In this document: positions 18,684-27,914 of the stretch, one piece after another
Layout of the letters: each line of letters opens with the position of its first letter
How positions within the stretch are numbered: the stretch's first letter is position 1
NCBI GenBank assembly: GCA_944326675.1
Contig: CALVET010000040.1
Coordinates: 10,552-74,551 of the forward strand
Direction: 5' to 3'
DNA from: Candidatus Gastranaerophilales bacterium
Lineage (GTDB): Bacteria > Cyanobacteriota > Vampirovibrionia > Gastranaerophilales > Gastranaerophilaceae
Length of the DNA: 64,000 bases
The notes under the pieces: model-generated
The model's input: the letters and a program-made list of their open reading frames with translations, nothing else
The model's database searches: none
What the model was told of the DNA's origin: nothing
Made by a program: the position numbers and the translations under genes

Positions 18684-19922
18684 TTATTTTGTGAAAACTA
18701 AAACTGCGTTACATCCTCCAAAGCCAAAGGAGTTAGATAAAACGGCTTTTAGTTCTTTTTTTCTTGCAGTATCTTTTACAAAATCAAGATTTGCAACTTC
18801 AGGGTCTTGTTCTTCAATGTTTATTGTTGGCGGAACAATTCCTTCGTTTAGTGCTTCAATTGCAATAATTGCTTCAATTGAGCCTGCTCCTCCAAGCATG
18901 TGACCTGTCATTGATTTTGTTGATGAAACCAATAAGTCTTTATTTTGCTCTTTGTCTCCAAAAACTTTTGCTATTGCTTTTGATTCTGCAATATCACCAA
19001 CATGTGTTGAAGTGCCGTGAGCGTTAATGTAGCCTATGTCTGACGGTTTAAGATTTGCGTCTTTAAGTGCTAATTCCATTGCAAGAATTGCGCCTGCTCC
19101 TGTTGGGTCGGGTGCTACCATGTCATAAGCATCTGATGATTGACCATATCCTGCTAATTCTGCGTATATTTTTGCCCCTCTTTTAATTGCGTGTTCTCTT
19201 TCTTCTAAAACAAGCATGCCTGCACCCTCGGACATTACAAAGCCATCTCTTTTAATGTCGTAAGGACGTGAAGCTTTTTTAGGGTTTTCATTGTTTTTTG
19301 ATAAGGTTTTTGCAGATGTAAAAGCACCGATACCTAAATCGCATATTCCTGCTTCAGCACCCCCTGCAACCATTATATCGGCATCCCCGTATTGGATTGC
19401 TCTTGCAGCGTCTCCAACAGAGTGTGCACCTGTTGCGCAAGCTGTTACAACGGATTTAGACATCCCCTTTAAACCGTATTTAATGGAAATTTTTCCTGCA
19501 GCCATGTTTGTAATCATCATAGGCACCATAAAAGGTGAACATTTGTGGTAGCCTCTTACTTGCATAACTTCATGATTTTTTTGGATTGTTTCCAAGCCGC
19601 CTGCGGCTGAACCTGCAATTACACCAAATCTTGTTAAATCTTCTTTTTCTAAGTCAAGCCCTGAATCTTCTATAGCAAGCGTTGCAGCAACAACCGAGCA
19701 TAATATAAATTTATCCATTCTTCTTGCATCTTTTGGATCAACATATTTTGATGCATCAAATTCCGGTACTTGTCCTCCTATATGCACCAAGTGTTTCTCT
19801 TTGTCCAGTGTAAGATATCTTATTGCACTGTTTCCTTTTTTAAGGTTTTCCCAAAGAGTATCAACCCCAACGCCAAAAGGCGATACGCAACCCATGCCGG
19901 TCACTACTACTCGTCTTTTCAT
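18684..19922 (-). CDS. fabF: 3-oxoacyl-ACP synthase II
   Basis: Active-site blocks VVTACATGAHS, NAHGTSTHVGD and KSMTGHMLGGAG. 412 aa. Confidence 0.95.
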   Translation of the reverse strand: MKRRVVVTGMGCVSPFGVGVDTLWENLKKGNSAIRYLTLDKEKHLVHIGGQVPEFDASKYVDPKDARRMDKFILCSVVAATLAIEDSGLDLEKEDLTRFGVIAGSAAGGLETIQKNHEVMQVRGYHKCSPFMVPMMITNMAAGKISIKYGLKGMSKSVVTACATGAHSVGDAARAIQYGDADIMVAGGAEAGICDLGIGAFTSAKTLSKNNENPKKASRPYDIKRDGFVMSEGAGMLVLEEREHAIKRGAKIYAELAGYGQSSDAYDMVAPDPTGAGAILAMELALKDANLKPSDIGYINAHGTSTHVGDIAESKAIAKVFGDKEQNKDLLVSSTKSMTGHMLGGAGSIEAIIAIEALNEGIVPPTINIEEQDPEVANLDFVKDTARKKELKAVLSNSFGFGGCNAVLVFTK

Positions 19923-19943
19923 ACTTCGATATTCTCCTATTTT

Positions 19944-20939
19944 TTATATGTTTTTATCCAGTTTTATAATTGCGTTTGCACCTGTCATACCTGCCCCAAA
20001 AGCGCTTATCATAATTGTTGCAGGGAGTTTGATTTTACCTGTGTCAATTCCTTCTCTAATTGCAACAGGAATTGAAGCGGCTGACATATTGCCGTATTTT
20101 TCTATATTTGATATGGTTTTTGATGAATCAATTGTTAATCTTTGAGCAAGAGCATCTATCATTCTTTGGTTTGATTGATGCGGCACAAAATAATCAATAT
20201 CATTTACATCAGTGTTTGTTTCTTCCAGCAGTTCTTCTAATTTTGGAGGTATTTCCGTCATTACAAATTTATAGACATCTTTTCCTTTCATTTGTATAAA
20301 AGGTTTAATTTTGTTTTGCATTTGTTCAACTAACGGACAATTTAGCCCTTGGGTTGTAAGTGTTATATAATCTCCGCAAGTTCCGTCTGATATCATATTT
20401 ACGCCCACTATATCATCTTCTTCATCTGTTGCGGTTAAAATTGCGGCACCTGCGCCATCACCAAACAGAACGCAAACTGATCTGTCGTTCCAATCGGTGA
20501 ATTTTGTTGTTGCGTCTGTTGCAACAAGAAGTACATTTTTATATATTCCTGATTTAATGAAGGCTCTTGCTGTGTTTAAGCCGTATATAAAACCTGAACA
20601 AGCAGCTTTTATATCAAAACAAGCAGCATTTTTTGCGCCTATTCCCGCTTGTATTAAGCATGATACGGAAGGATAAACATCTTCCGGAGCTGAAGCAGCA
20701 GCAATAATTAAATCAATATCTTCAACGTTAAAATTACATCTTTTAATAGCTTTTTTTGAAGCTTCTATTCCCAGTGTAGTTGAAGTATCATCTCCTGAAA
20801 TTACTTTTCTTTCCTTAATTCCTGTCCTTGTCGTTATCCATTCATCTGAAGTATCTAAAATTTTTGTTAAATCATCATTTGTGATTGTGTTTTTTGCAAC
20901 CTCAAAGTCTATGGAAACTATTTTTGTATTTATTTTCAT
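19944..20939 (-). CDS. fabH: 3-oxoacyl-ACP synthase III
   Basis: AACSGF (Cys), VPHQSNQRM (His) and GNMSAASIP (Asn) blocks. The start overlaps the stop of the OFOR gamma gene by 4 nt. Confidence 0.95.
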   Translation of the reverse strand: MKINTKIVSIDFEVAKNTITNDDLTKILDTSDEWITTRTGIKERKVISGDDTSTTLGIEASKKAIKRCNFNVEDIDLIIAAASAPEDVYPSVSCLIQAGIGAKNAACFDIKAACSGFIYGLNTARAFIKSGIYKNVLLVATDATTKFTDWNDRSVCVLFGDGAGAAILTATDEEDDIVGVNMISDGTCGDYITLTTQGLNCPLVEQMQNKIKPFIQMKGKDVYKFVMTEIPPKLEELLEETNTDVNDIDYFVPHQSNQRMIDALAQRLTIDSSKTISNIEKYGNMSAASIPVAIREGIDTGKIKLPATIMISAFGAGMTGANAIIKLDKNI

Positions 20940-21487
20940 TGTGCGTATTCCTTTTCTTGAATATAGTTGTAGCCCATTATGTAGGCTTCTAAATTTTTTT
21001 GGATTAATTCTTTTTTATTTTTAAGAATTTTTTCGTATGCTTTTTTTACATTTTCAAGGGTTAGATTATCCAGTATTTTTGATAAAACCCCTAACGCTAT
21101 TGAATTTGCAATTTTAATGTTACCTAATTTTATTGCTTCTTGTGTGAATGGAGCAAAAATATATTTAATATCTTTTCTTGTTTTTTCAATTTTTGCCATT
21201 GAAGAATTAACAATAATTGTTCCACCCTCTTTTACTTTGGATATAAATTTATCAAATGAGGTTTGATTTAGTGCAATAACAAAATCAGCCTTTTCATTTT
21301 GTAGTGTTAACAATTCATCATCAGACATGTTGATTTCGCAATGTACAGCGCCGCCTCTCATTTCAGCTCCATAGCATGGGCAATAAGTTACAAATTTATT
21401 ACCAAGCATGAATATGTTGGCAAGTATTGTTCCGATTGATAATACGCCTTGTCCTCCTGAGCCTGAAATAATAAAGTTTTTAATCAT
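20936..21487 (-). CDS. 2-oxoacid:ferredoxin oxidoreductase, gamma subunit
   Basis: ISGSGGQGVLS motif. 183 aa. Confidence 0.85.
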   Translation of the reverse strand: MIKNFIISGSGGQGVLSIGTILANIFMLGNKFVTYCPCYGAEMRGGAVHCEINMSDDELLTLQNEKADFVIALNQTSFDKFISKVKEGGTIIVNSSMAKIEKTRKDIKYIFAPFTQEAIKLGNIKIANSIALGVLSKILDNLTLENVKKAYEKILKNKKELIQKNLEAYIMGYNYIQEKEYAQ

Positions 21488-22235
21488 TAGTTGTATCCTT
21501 AAAAATATCTAGCGGGTATGTTTTTGTTAATTCTTCTGCTATTTTTTTGTGTGAGTCTTGTGGAGATAATTTCCAGTTGGTTGGACAAGATGAAAGTATT
21601 TCAACAAAACTGAAACCTTTGTTTTTTAATTGACATTCAAAGGCTTTTTTGATTATATTTTTAGCTTTTAAAATGTTTTTAACGTCATATAAGGCTACTC
21701 TTGCGCTGAATTGAGTTCCGTCACAAAGCGCAATTTGTTCTGCAGCTTTAATTGGGTATCCGTGATATTCTTCATTTCTTCCCAAGGGACTTGTTGTTGT
21801 TAATTGTCCCATAACTGAAGTTGGACCCATTTGTCCGCCTGTCATGCCGTAGTTTGTATTATTAATGCAAATAGCAGTAATGTTTTCGCCTCTTAGAGCA
21901 CTGTGCATTGATTCTCCCAGTCCGATTGAAGCAAAATCGCCGTCACCTTGATATGTGAATACAAATTTTGGTTGTTTTTTTGCTTTGTGTGCTCTTTTTA
22001 CCCCCGTTGCCACGGCGCAAGCTCTGCCATGGGGAGCTTCCAAACAGTCTACATCAAGAAAATTATATAAAAGTACCGAGCACCCTGATGATGATATTGC
22101 AATTGTATCATCTTTTAAATTCAGCTCATCAATAATTTCTGCAATAATTTTAATTGCAACACCATGGTCGCAGCCCTTGCAGAATGTGAATTTTGAATTT
22201 TTTTTGATAGATTTTGGAATGCTATATACTTGCAT
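21480..22235 (-). CDS. 2-oxoacid:ferredoxin oxidoreductase, beta (TPP-binding) subunit
   Basis: CKGCDHG, YQGDGDFASIGLGE TPP/Mg block and NNTNYGMTGGQ. Confidence 0.88.
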   Translation of the reverse strand: MQVYSIPKSIKKNSKFTFCKGCDHGVAIKIIAEIIDELNLKDDTIAISSSGCSVLLYNFLDVDCLEAPHGRACAVATGVKRAHKAKKQPKFVFTYQGDGDFASIGLGESMHSALRGENITAICINNTNYGMTGGQMGPTSVMGQLTTTSPLGRNEEYHGYPIKAAEQIALCDGTQFSARVALYDVKNILKAKNIIKKAFECQLKNKGFSFVEILSSCPTNWKLSPQDSHKKIAEELTKTYPLDIFKDTTND

Positions 22236-23292
22236 ATTGTTCCTTTATTATATTGTTGATAGTGTTTATTATTTCTTCTTTTTTAAGCCAATCTCCAACA
22301 GGCTTTCCTATGAATGAAATTTGTGAGTTAGATAGGACACTTAGTCTTACATCTCTTAGCATTTGACCCATGTTCATTTCAATATCTATAATGTGTTTTG
22401 CCTTGTATGATAGCTCTCTTAGTCTGTTATAAGGGAATGGATATAGTGTTATTGGTCTATATACTCCCATTTTAATTCCTTGTTGTCTGAAATGGTTGCA
22501 AACGGCCTTTGCACTTCTTGCCATTGTTCCAAATGCTGTTAGAATTACATCCGCATCATCACATAAATATTCTTCCCAACTCGGTTCATTTTGTTCTATT
22601 GTTCGGTATTTTTGGTAAAGTTTTAGAACATGTTGGTTTAATATATTTTGATCAGGTTCAAGAGAGTGTATTTTTCTTGACGGTCTGTTTTTTGCTCCGT
22701 CAAGTCTCCAACTTGATGTATCAGAGTCAGGATAAGGATTTTGCGTTATTATTGCAGGTTCCGCCATTTGCCCTAAAAGACCGTCGACTAATAATATTGT
22801 AGGGTTTCTGTATTTTTGAGCTAAGTGGAAGGATTTATATGTTAAATCAATGCATTCCTGAACGCTGCTTGGAGAAAGAACTATGATTTTATAATCTCCG
22901 TTGCCGCCTCCTATGGTTGCTTGATTGTAATCTCCTTGAGAAGGATATATATAACCTTGTCCGGGGCCGGCTCTCATGACATTTACAAGCACGATAGGTA
23001 ATTCGTCGGAAGCTGCATAAGAAAGAGTTTCCTGCATAAGCGCAACCGCGCATGATGAGCTTGATGTCATGACTTTTTCTCCGCTTGAAGCGGCGCCAAG
23101 CGCCATGTTGATTGCGCCGATTTCAGATTCTGCACACACATAGGCAAGTTCATTTTTTTGCATTTCTAAACTAAGATATTCGCCGATATCTGTTTGAGGT
23201 GTTATAGGATATCCGAAATAGCAGCTGCAACCGCAATTTAGTGCAGCTTTTGCAATAGCAATATTACCTTTTAACAGATTTTTTTCGTTCAT
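22222..23292 (-). CDS. 2-oxoacid:ferredoxin oxidoreductase, alpha subunit (VorB/KorA-like)
   Basis: LLKGNIAIAKAALNCGCSCYFGYPITPQTDI N-terminus. 356 aa. Confidence 0.88.
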   Translation of the reverse strand: MNEKNLLKGNIAIAKAALNCGCSCYFGYPITPQTDIGEYLSLEMQKNELAYVCAESEIGAINMALGAASSGEKVMTSSSSCAVALMQETLSYAASDELPIVLVNVMRAGPGQGYIYPSQGDYNQATIGGGNGDYKIIVLSPSSVQECIDLTYKSFHLAQKYRNPTILLVDGLLGQMAEPAIITQNPYPDSDTSSWRLDGAKNRPSRKIHSLEPDQNILNQHVLKLYQKYRTIEQNEPSWEEYLCDDADVILTAFGTMARSAKAVCNHFRQQGIKMGVYRPITLYPFPYNRLRELSYKAKHIIDIEMNMGQMLRDVRLSVLSNSQISFIGKPVGDWLKKEEIINTINNIIKEQYASI

Positions 23293-23501
23293 TCTCTGTT
23301 CACTTCTGTTATGGCAATTTCAGGGCATACAATTGCGCATTGCGCACAACCTACGCATTTGTTTTCACTATCTGAAAATTCAACCGTTAACTCCCCTGTG
23401 CTGCCTGTATTGTTGCTTTTTTTAATAAGTTTAAAAGGACAAGCGTCAATACATAAATAACAAGATTTACATTTATCTTGATCTATTTTGATGTATGACA
23501 T
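23289..23501 (-). CDS. 2-oxoacid:ferredoxin oxidoreductase, delta subunit (2x[4Fe-4S] ferredoxin)
   Basis: CKSCYLCIDACP and CVGCAQCAIVCP. First gene of the operon. Confidence 0.85.
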   Translation of the reverse strand: MSYIKIDQDKCKSCYLCIDACPFKLIKKSNNTGSTGELTVEFSDSENKCVGCAQCAIVCPEIAITEVNRE

Positions 23502-23601
23502 GCTGATAAACTCTCCCTTAAAATAATATTAGTCGTTAATTATATTCTCTCACAAAAAATAAAAAAGTGAATTTATTAATAAAACTTGTTATAATAAATA
23601 C

Positions 23602-24930
23602 ATGAAAAATTATACTTATTTATATTTGTGTGCCGTATTGGCATCATTTGGCGGTTTATTATCCGGTTTTGATACCGGAGTAATTTCAGGTGCTTTATTA
23701 TATATTAATCAAAGCTTTGAAATGAATTCTTTGTATTCGGGTTTATTAGTCAGCTCTGTTTCAATAGGCGCTGTAATAGGTGCTCTTTTAAACGGTGCTT
23801 TGATTGATAAAATCGGAAGAAGAAAAGTAATGCTTCTGACTGCAGGCGTTTTTATATTGGGTTCTGTTTTGTGTTGTTTCTCTAGAAACATTGTTGAGCT
23901 TATTTTATCAAGGATGTTTATAGGCTGCGCTGTCGGCGTTGTAAGTTTTGCAGGCCCTTTGTATTTAAGTGAGATTTCAACAAAAGAAAAACGCGGTGAA
24001 ATTGTTTCTTTTCACCAATTGGCAATAACATTAGGTATTTTATTTTCTTATTTTGTAAATTATTTTTGCGCAAATTTAGAACATTCTTGGAGAATAATGT
24101 TTTTGCTGGGGGCAGTTCCTGCGGTTGTTTTATTTTTTGCAATGATGATTTTAAAAGATACACCCAGATGGTATGTTGCAAAAAATAAAATAGACAAAGC
24201 AAAAGCGGTCTTAGAAAAAATTGACGGCAGTCAAAATGCTGATATCGAAATTGAAAACATTAAAAAGACATTATCAGGTAATGAAAAATTAAAGTTTGAA
24301 AAACGTTTATTGGTCCCTTTTGTAATTGGAATCGGTATTATGTTTGCTCAAATAGCAACAGGTATAAATGCGATTATTTATTATGCGCCCACTATATTTA
24401 AAATGGTTGGTTTTTCTTCAAATCAAGATGTTCTGTTTGCAACAATTTTTATAGGATTAATTAATTTCTTAATGACTTTTGTTGCAATAGCTCTTGTTGA
24501 TAAAATTGGCAGAAAGCCATTATTGTATATTGGTTTAACAGGTATGCTGATAAATCTTCTATTATTGTCATTCAGTTTTGCGTTTAATTTTGCGGTAGTA
24601 AAATATATTGCAGTAATTGCGTGTGCTTTATATATTGTTTCTTTTTCAATGTCTTTGGGCCCTGTTGCATTACTATTAAACGCTGAAATTTTTCCTTTAA
24701 AATACCGCGGTGTTGCGATGAGTATCGGAATAGTTTCAAATTTTGTTTTTAATTTTATGGTAACTGGTTTATTCCCGATTTCATTGGATAAATTGGGCGG
24801 CAGTATTACGTTTTTAATTTTTGCAATAATTTGTGTGATGTCTCTGTTTTTTGTATACTACGTTGTGCCTGAAACAAAAGATGTCAGTTTGGAAGAAATT
24901 GAAAATCGCATGAATAGGATTAAACTATGA
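23602..24930 (+). CDS. Sugar-porter-family MFS transporter
   Basis: GRRKVML, PRWY and PETKDVSLEEIE signatures. 12 TM-like segments. Confidence 0.9.
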   Translation: MKNYTYLYLCAVLASFGGLLSGFDTGVISGALLYINQSFEMNSLYSGLLVSSVSIGAVIGALLNGALIDKIGRRKVMLLTAGVFILGSVLCCFSRNIVELILSRMFIGCAVGVVSFAGPLYLSEISTKEKRGEIVSFHQLAITLGILFSYFVNYFCANLEHSWRIMFLLGAVPAVVLFFAMMILKDTPRWYVAKNKIDKAKAVLEKIDGSQNADIEIENIKKTLSGNEKLKFEKRLLVPFVIGIGIMFAQIATGINAIIYYAPTIFKMVGFSSNQDVLFATIFIGLINFLMTFVAIALVDKIGRKPLLYIGLTGMLINLLLLSFSFAFNFAVVKYIAVIACALYIVSFSMSLGPVALLLNAEIFPLKYRGVAMSIGIVSNFVFNFMVTGLFPISLDKLGGSITFLIFAIICVMSLFFVYYVVPETKDVSLEEIENRMNRIKL

Positions 24931-25545
24931 TTGTTTTAGATGTTTTACATGATGATAAATGTAGATTATTCCTAAAATCAAGCATATTAAAATAATTATT
25001 GCATCAAATTTGTGCCAAATGTGTTTAAGGGCTTCTGTGTTTTCGCCTAATTTAATTCCGACATAAACCAATAAATAACTCCATACAAGAGAGCCTAAAA
25101 ACGTAAAAGTGAAGAAAAATCTCTTTTTTGCTTTTAAAATACCTGCAGGCAGAGAAATAAAAGTTCTCACAACAGGAAGCATCCTGCATATAAAAAATGA
25201 CCAGTCGCCGTATTTATCAACCCATTTATCGGCAATTTCAAGGTCATGTTTTGATATTAAAAAATATTTTCCATATTTTTCAATAAATTTTCTTCCCCCG
25301 AAATAGCCAAGATAATATGACGGAATTGAACCAATAACACAACCTATTGCGCCAAAAAATGCGGCGGTGTGGATTGAAAAAACACCTTTTGTAACCAAAT
25401 ACCCCGCAAAAGGTAAGATTGCTTCAGAAGGCAGAGGAATATTGCAAGATTCTATTGCCATTAATAGTGCTATTCCCCATGCGCCAAGATTTGTAATTAC
25501 TGCTTGAATCCAATTTGCAAGCGAAACCAATATATTTTCTATCAT
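24925..25545 (-). CDS. DedA-family membrane protein
   Basis: ESCNIPLPSEAILPFAGYLV and the RMLPVVRTFISLPAG block. Confidence 0.85.
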   Translation of the reverse strand: MIENILVSLANWIQAVITNLGAWGIALLMAIESCNIPLPSEAILPFAGYLVTKGVFSIHTAAFFGAIGCVIGSIPSYYLGYFGGRKFIEKYGKYFLISKHDLEIADKWVDKYGDWSFFICRMLPVVRTFISLPAGILKAKKRFFFTFTFLGSLVWSYLLVYVGIKLGENTEALKHIWHKFDAIIILICLILGIIYIYHHVKHLKQS

Positions 25546-25613
25546 TTTTTATCTCCTTGAACAGAATTTATTTTATTATACAAATTCTGTCAGGACAAAT
25601 TTGTTAAATAATG

Positions 25614-26747
25614 TTATTTAATAAATTTGTTGAATATTTTAACTTGATTTGCTTTTATGGTATTTGGATTAATTGTAGTTGCGCTATTTTGTCCTCTTGC
25701 TGAAGATATGTTTTCTTTTTTATCGCTGCTTAAATATTTCTTTTCGAGTCTTTTTTGGTTAAGTGCAGGTAAACCAAAGCCAAGATAAGCTGCTTCAAAT
25801 GCCAATGCTCCTGTTCTTAGTGCTGCATTTAATCCTTTAGCGTCTAATACCAATCTGTTTTTATCATCTTGGAAGAAATCTACAAGTAAGCTTTCGGCTT
25901 TTTTGCTTATTTTTCCGTCTTTAAGTCCTGCTAATCCTTTTTCTTTTAAATCAACCAGACTTTTTAGTATTTCTTGAGTTTTTTCTTGGTTAACATAAAC
26001 GCCCGCAAGTCCAAGTTTTCTTTGTCTATTAATAACATTTTGTTGTTTTTTAATTAAAATATTCATGACTTTTTCAAATATTTTATCAGGATCGCCTTTT
26101 TGACTTTTTATTTCATCAAACATTTTGCTTATTTCTTCTGCACTGCTGTATCCTGAATATTTAGATACAAATTCATCGTTTGTAAGAGCTCTTACACCTT
26201 CTGTCGGATGTAGAGTGTCAAGAATATTTGTAGTTATTTTCTTTAATTTATCAACAGGGTTTTGAATGAATTCTTTTGCTTTTTCGCTAATTCCTTTAAG
26301 ACCTTTGTCGGTATTTTGGAACAATTCCTGATAAGGTTTATTTGTCATCGGCAAACCGGAAGTTTTGCTTGCAACAGCTGCAACAAGTGAATTTATTGAT
26401 TTTAGTGCAAACAATATAATGACAACTGTTTGAACATCCCTGAATAATATTTCTGCAATTTCGTCTTTTGTTGCTTCTTTATCATCAGGATTTCTTTTGG
26501 CTGCAGTTAAAACCCTAGGCACAATTACTGTACCAATCATTAAGCTTGCCATTGGAATAAAAGCATTGTTGGCGCCAGTTGGTTCAAGTGTTTTTGCAAT
26601 TTTTGAAAAAATATCCTTTTTGGGGGATTTTTCAAGCGCATTTTGAACGGCTCCGCCGAGTATTTCTGAAGCTGTATTAGCGTATTTAGCGGTTTTTTTA
26701 ACTAAATCGGATGAGGCTATATTTTGTCCTATTTTTTGTATATTCAT
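25614..26747 (-). CDS. ORFan membrane-associated protein, module B of a paralogous family
   Basis: 377 aa. Its start overlaps the upstream stop (TAATG). Has an internal hydrophobic segment and a C-terminal TM-like helix. Resembles the C-terminal half of the 39450 gene (see findings). Confidence 0.6.
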   Translation of the reverse strand: MNIQKIGQNIASSDLVKKTAKYANTASEILGGAVQNALEKSPKKDIFSKIAKTLEPTGANNAFIPMASLMIGTVIVPRVLTAAKRNPDDKEATKDEIAEILFRDVQTVVIILFALKSINSLVAAVASKTSGLPMTNKPYQELFQNTDKGLKGISEKAKEFIQNPVDKLKKITTNILDTLHPTEGVRALTNDEFVSKYSGYSSAEEISKMFDEIKSQKGDPDKIFEKVMNILIKKQQNVINRQRKLGLAGVYVNQEKTQEILKSLVDLKEKGLAGLKDGKISKKAESLLVDFFQDDKNRLVLDAKGLNAALRTGALAFEAAYLGFGLPALNQKRLEKKYLSSDKKENISSARGQNSATTINPNTIKANQVKIFNKFIK

Positions 26748-27721
26748 TATCTGGCCTCCTTATCCGTTTTCTTTGCTTCGTTATATATAGCCGAAGCATT
26801 GGGGTTAACCCCGCCTGAGGCCCAAGTGTATATTTTTGGAATAAATGACATTAATATACCTGTAATAAAGAACATTGAAGCAACTGTAATGAAACGTTTT
26901 CCAAGCCAAGATTTTTTGAAGCTTTCAATTAAATCGCTTGAAACTTTGACATTGCCATCTTTTGTTGAGAATTTTTTAGAATAATCTTTAGCATAAGAAG
27001 TTATGTAGCCAACATAGTTTTTGAATTTTGTTGCACCTTCTTTTGTGCTGTTAATTGAATATTTTGCAGCTAAAAAATCTGTATTTTTGTAATTTTCTTT
27101 TTGCGATTTTACAATTTGTTCAAATAAAACTTGTAAATCTTCAAGCGATTTTGATGCTGTTTTTTTATCTGAGGCGCTATATTTTTTAATTGCATCCGTT
27201 AGGGCTTTAATTGAGTTTTCATCGGTTTGTTTACCGATAGAGTGCTCTAGTAAATCTTTAGCTGCAGCAGTATAGAATGTATTTTCAAAGGTTTCTTTTG
27301 TTAATTTTTTATTGCTTGCAATGCTGTTCATTATATGTGACAAGTTGATAATGTTTTCCATATGGGTATTTGCAGTCTTACCTGTCATTTTGGTGGCAAT
27401 AGCTAAAATTGCAACAGGGGCTACACACATAGTAGGTCCTGTTAAAAATTCTCTTATTGCTTCTTGTAATAAAGCAGGAACGTTGATTTTGCCCGTATAT
27501 TTATATCCTGCCATAGCACCTTTGATACTTCTTGGAATATTTGTTCCTGTCATATCTTCAACTGTAAATTGCAGAGCACGACCACCATCATCTACAAGTT
27601 GCCAAAATTTTGTTAAGGCATCTACTCCGCCTTTAAAAGATGGTTGGCTTGATTGATATTTATTGTTGTTATTTGCTTGACATCTGTTATTTGAAAAGCC
27701 GTTTATAGGCGATAATTTCAT
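26747..27721 (-). CDS. ORFan membrane-associated protein, module A of a paralogous family
   Basis: Start placed at ATG 27721 (MKLSPING...), preceded by an AAGGAG RBS (27733-27738 on plus). The ORF-track start at 27772 has no RBS. C-terminal TM helix present. Confidence 0.6.
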   Translation of the reverse strand: MKLSPINGFSNNRCQANNNNKYQSSQPSFKGGVDALTKFWQLVDDGGRALQFTVEDMTGTNIPRSIKGAMAGYKYTGKINVPALLQEAIREFLTGPTMCVAPVAILAIATKMTGKTANTHMENIINLSHIMNSIASNKKLTKETFENTFYTAAAKDLLEHSIGKQTDENSIKALTDAIKKYSASDKKTASKSLEDLQVLFEQIVKSQKENYKNTDFLAAKYSINSTKEGATKFKNYVGYITSYAKDYSKKFSTKDGNVKVSSDLIESFKKSWLGKRFITVASMFFITGILMSFIPKIYTWASGGVNPNASAIYNEAKKTDKEAR

Positions 27722-27749
27722 TAAGACATATTCTCCTTGTAAACACAAA

Positions 27750-27767
27750 TTTGTAAAAACATGTAAA
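27750..27767 (-). promoter_or_regulatory. HLR1-like direct repeat (TTTACAtg-tt-TTTACAaa on the minus strand)
   Basis: Two TGTAAA hexamers sit exactly 10 bp apart (27752 and 27762), with a third at 27738. They lie 20-45 nt upstream of the 27721 start codon. Confidence 0.25.
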
Positions 27768-27914
27768 AACAAAAATTTGCTAGTTTTTTATGTGTTTATT
27801 TTAATTTCTTAACAATACATAAAAACTTGGTGCATTTGTTATGTTATCATGATAAACATTAATCTTAAATATTTTTTTTAAAATTTTAAGAAATATAAAT
27901 ATTTTATTAAAGAC

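Noticed and set aside
19801-20145. Many 60-125-aa ORFs on the strand opposite to, or in alternative frames of, well-supported genes. Examples are 885-1175, 2215-2403, 12310-12609, 17158-17529, 19291-19551, 19801-20145, 27312-27656, 34890-35261, 45385-45612 and 57196-57666.
   Set aside because: Each lies entirely inside a longer ORF with clear family motifs, lacks an RBS and has low-complexity composition. These are typical shadow ORFs of AT-rich coding DNA.
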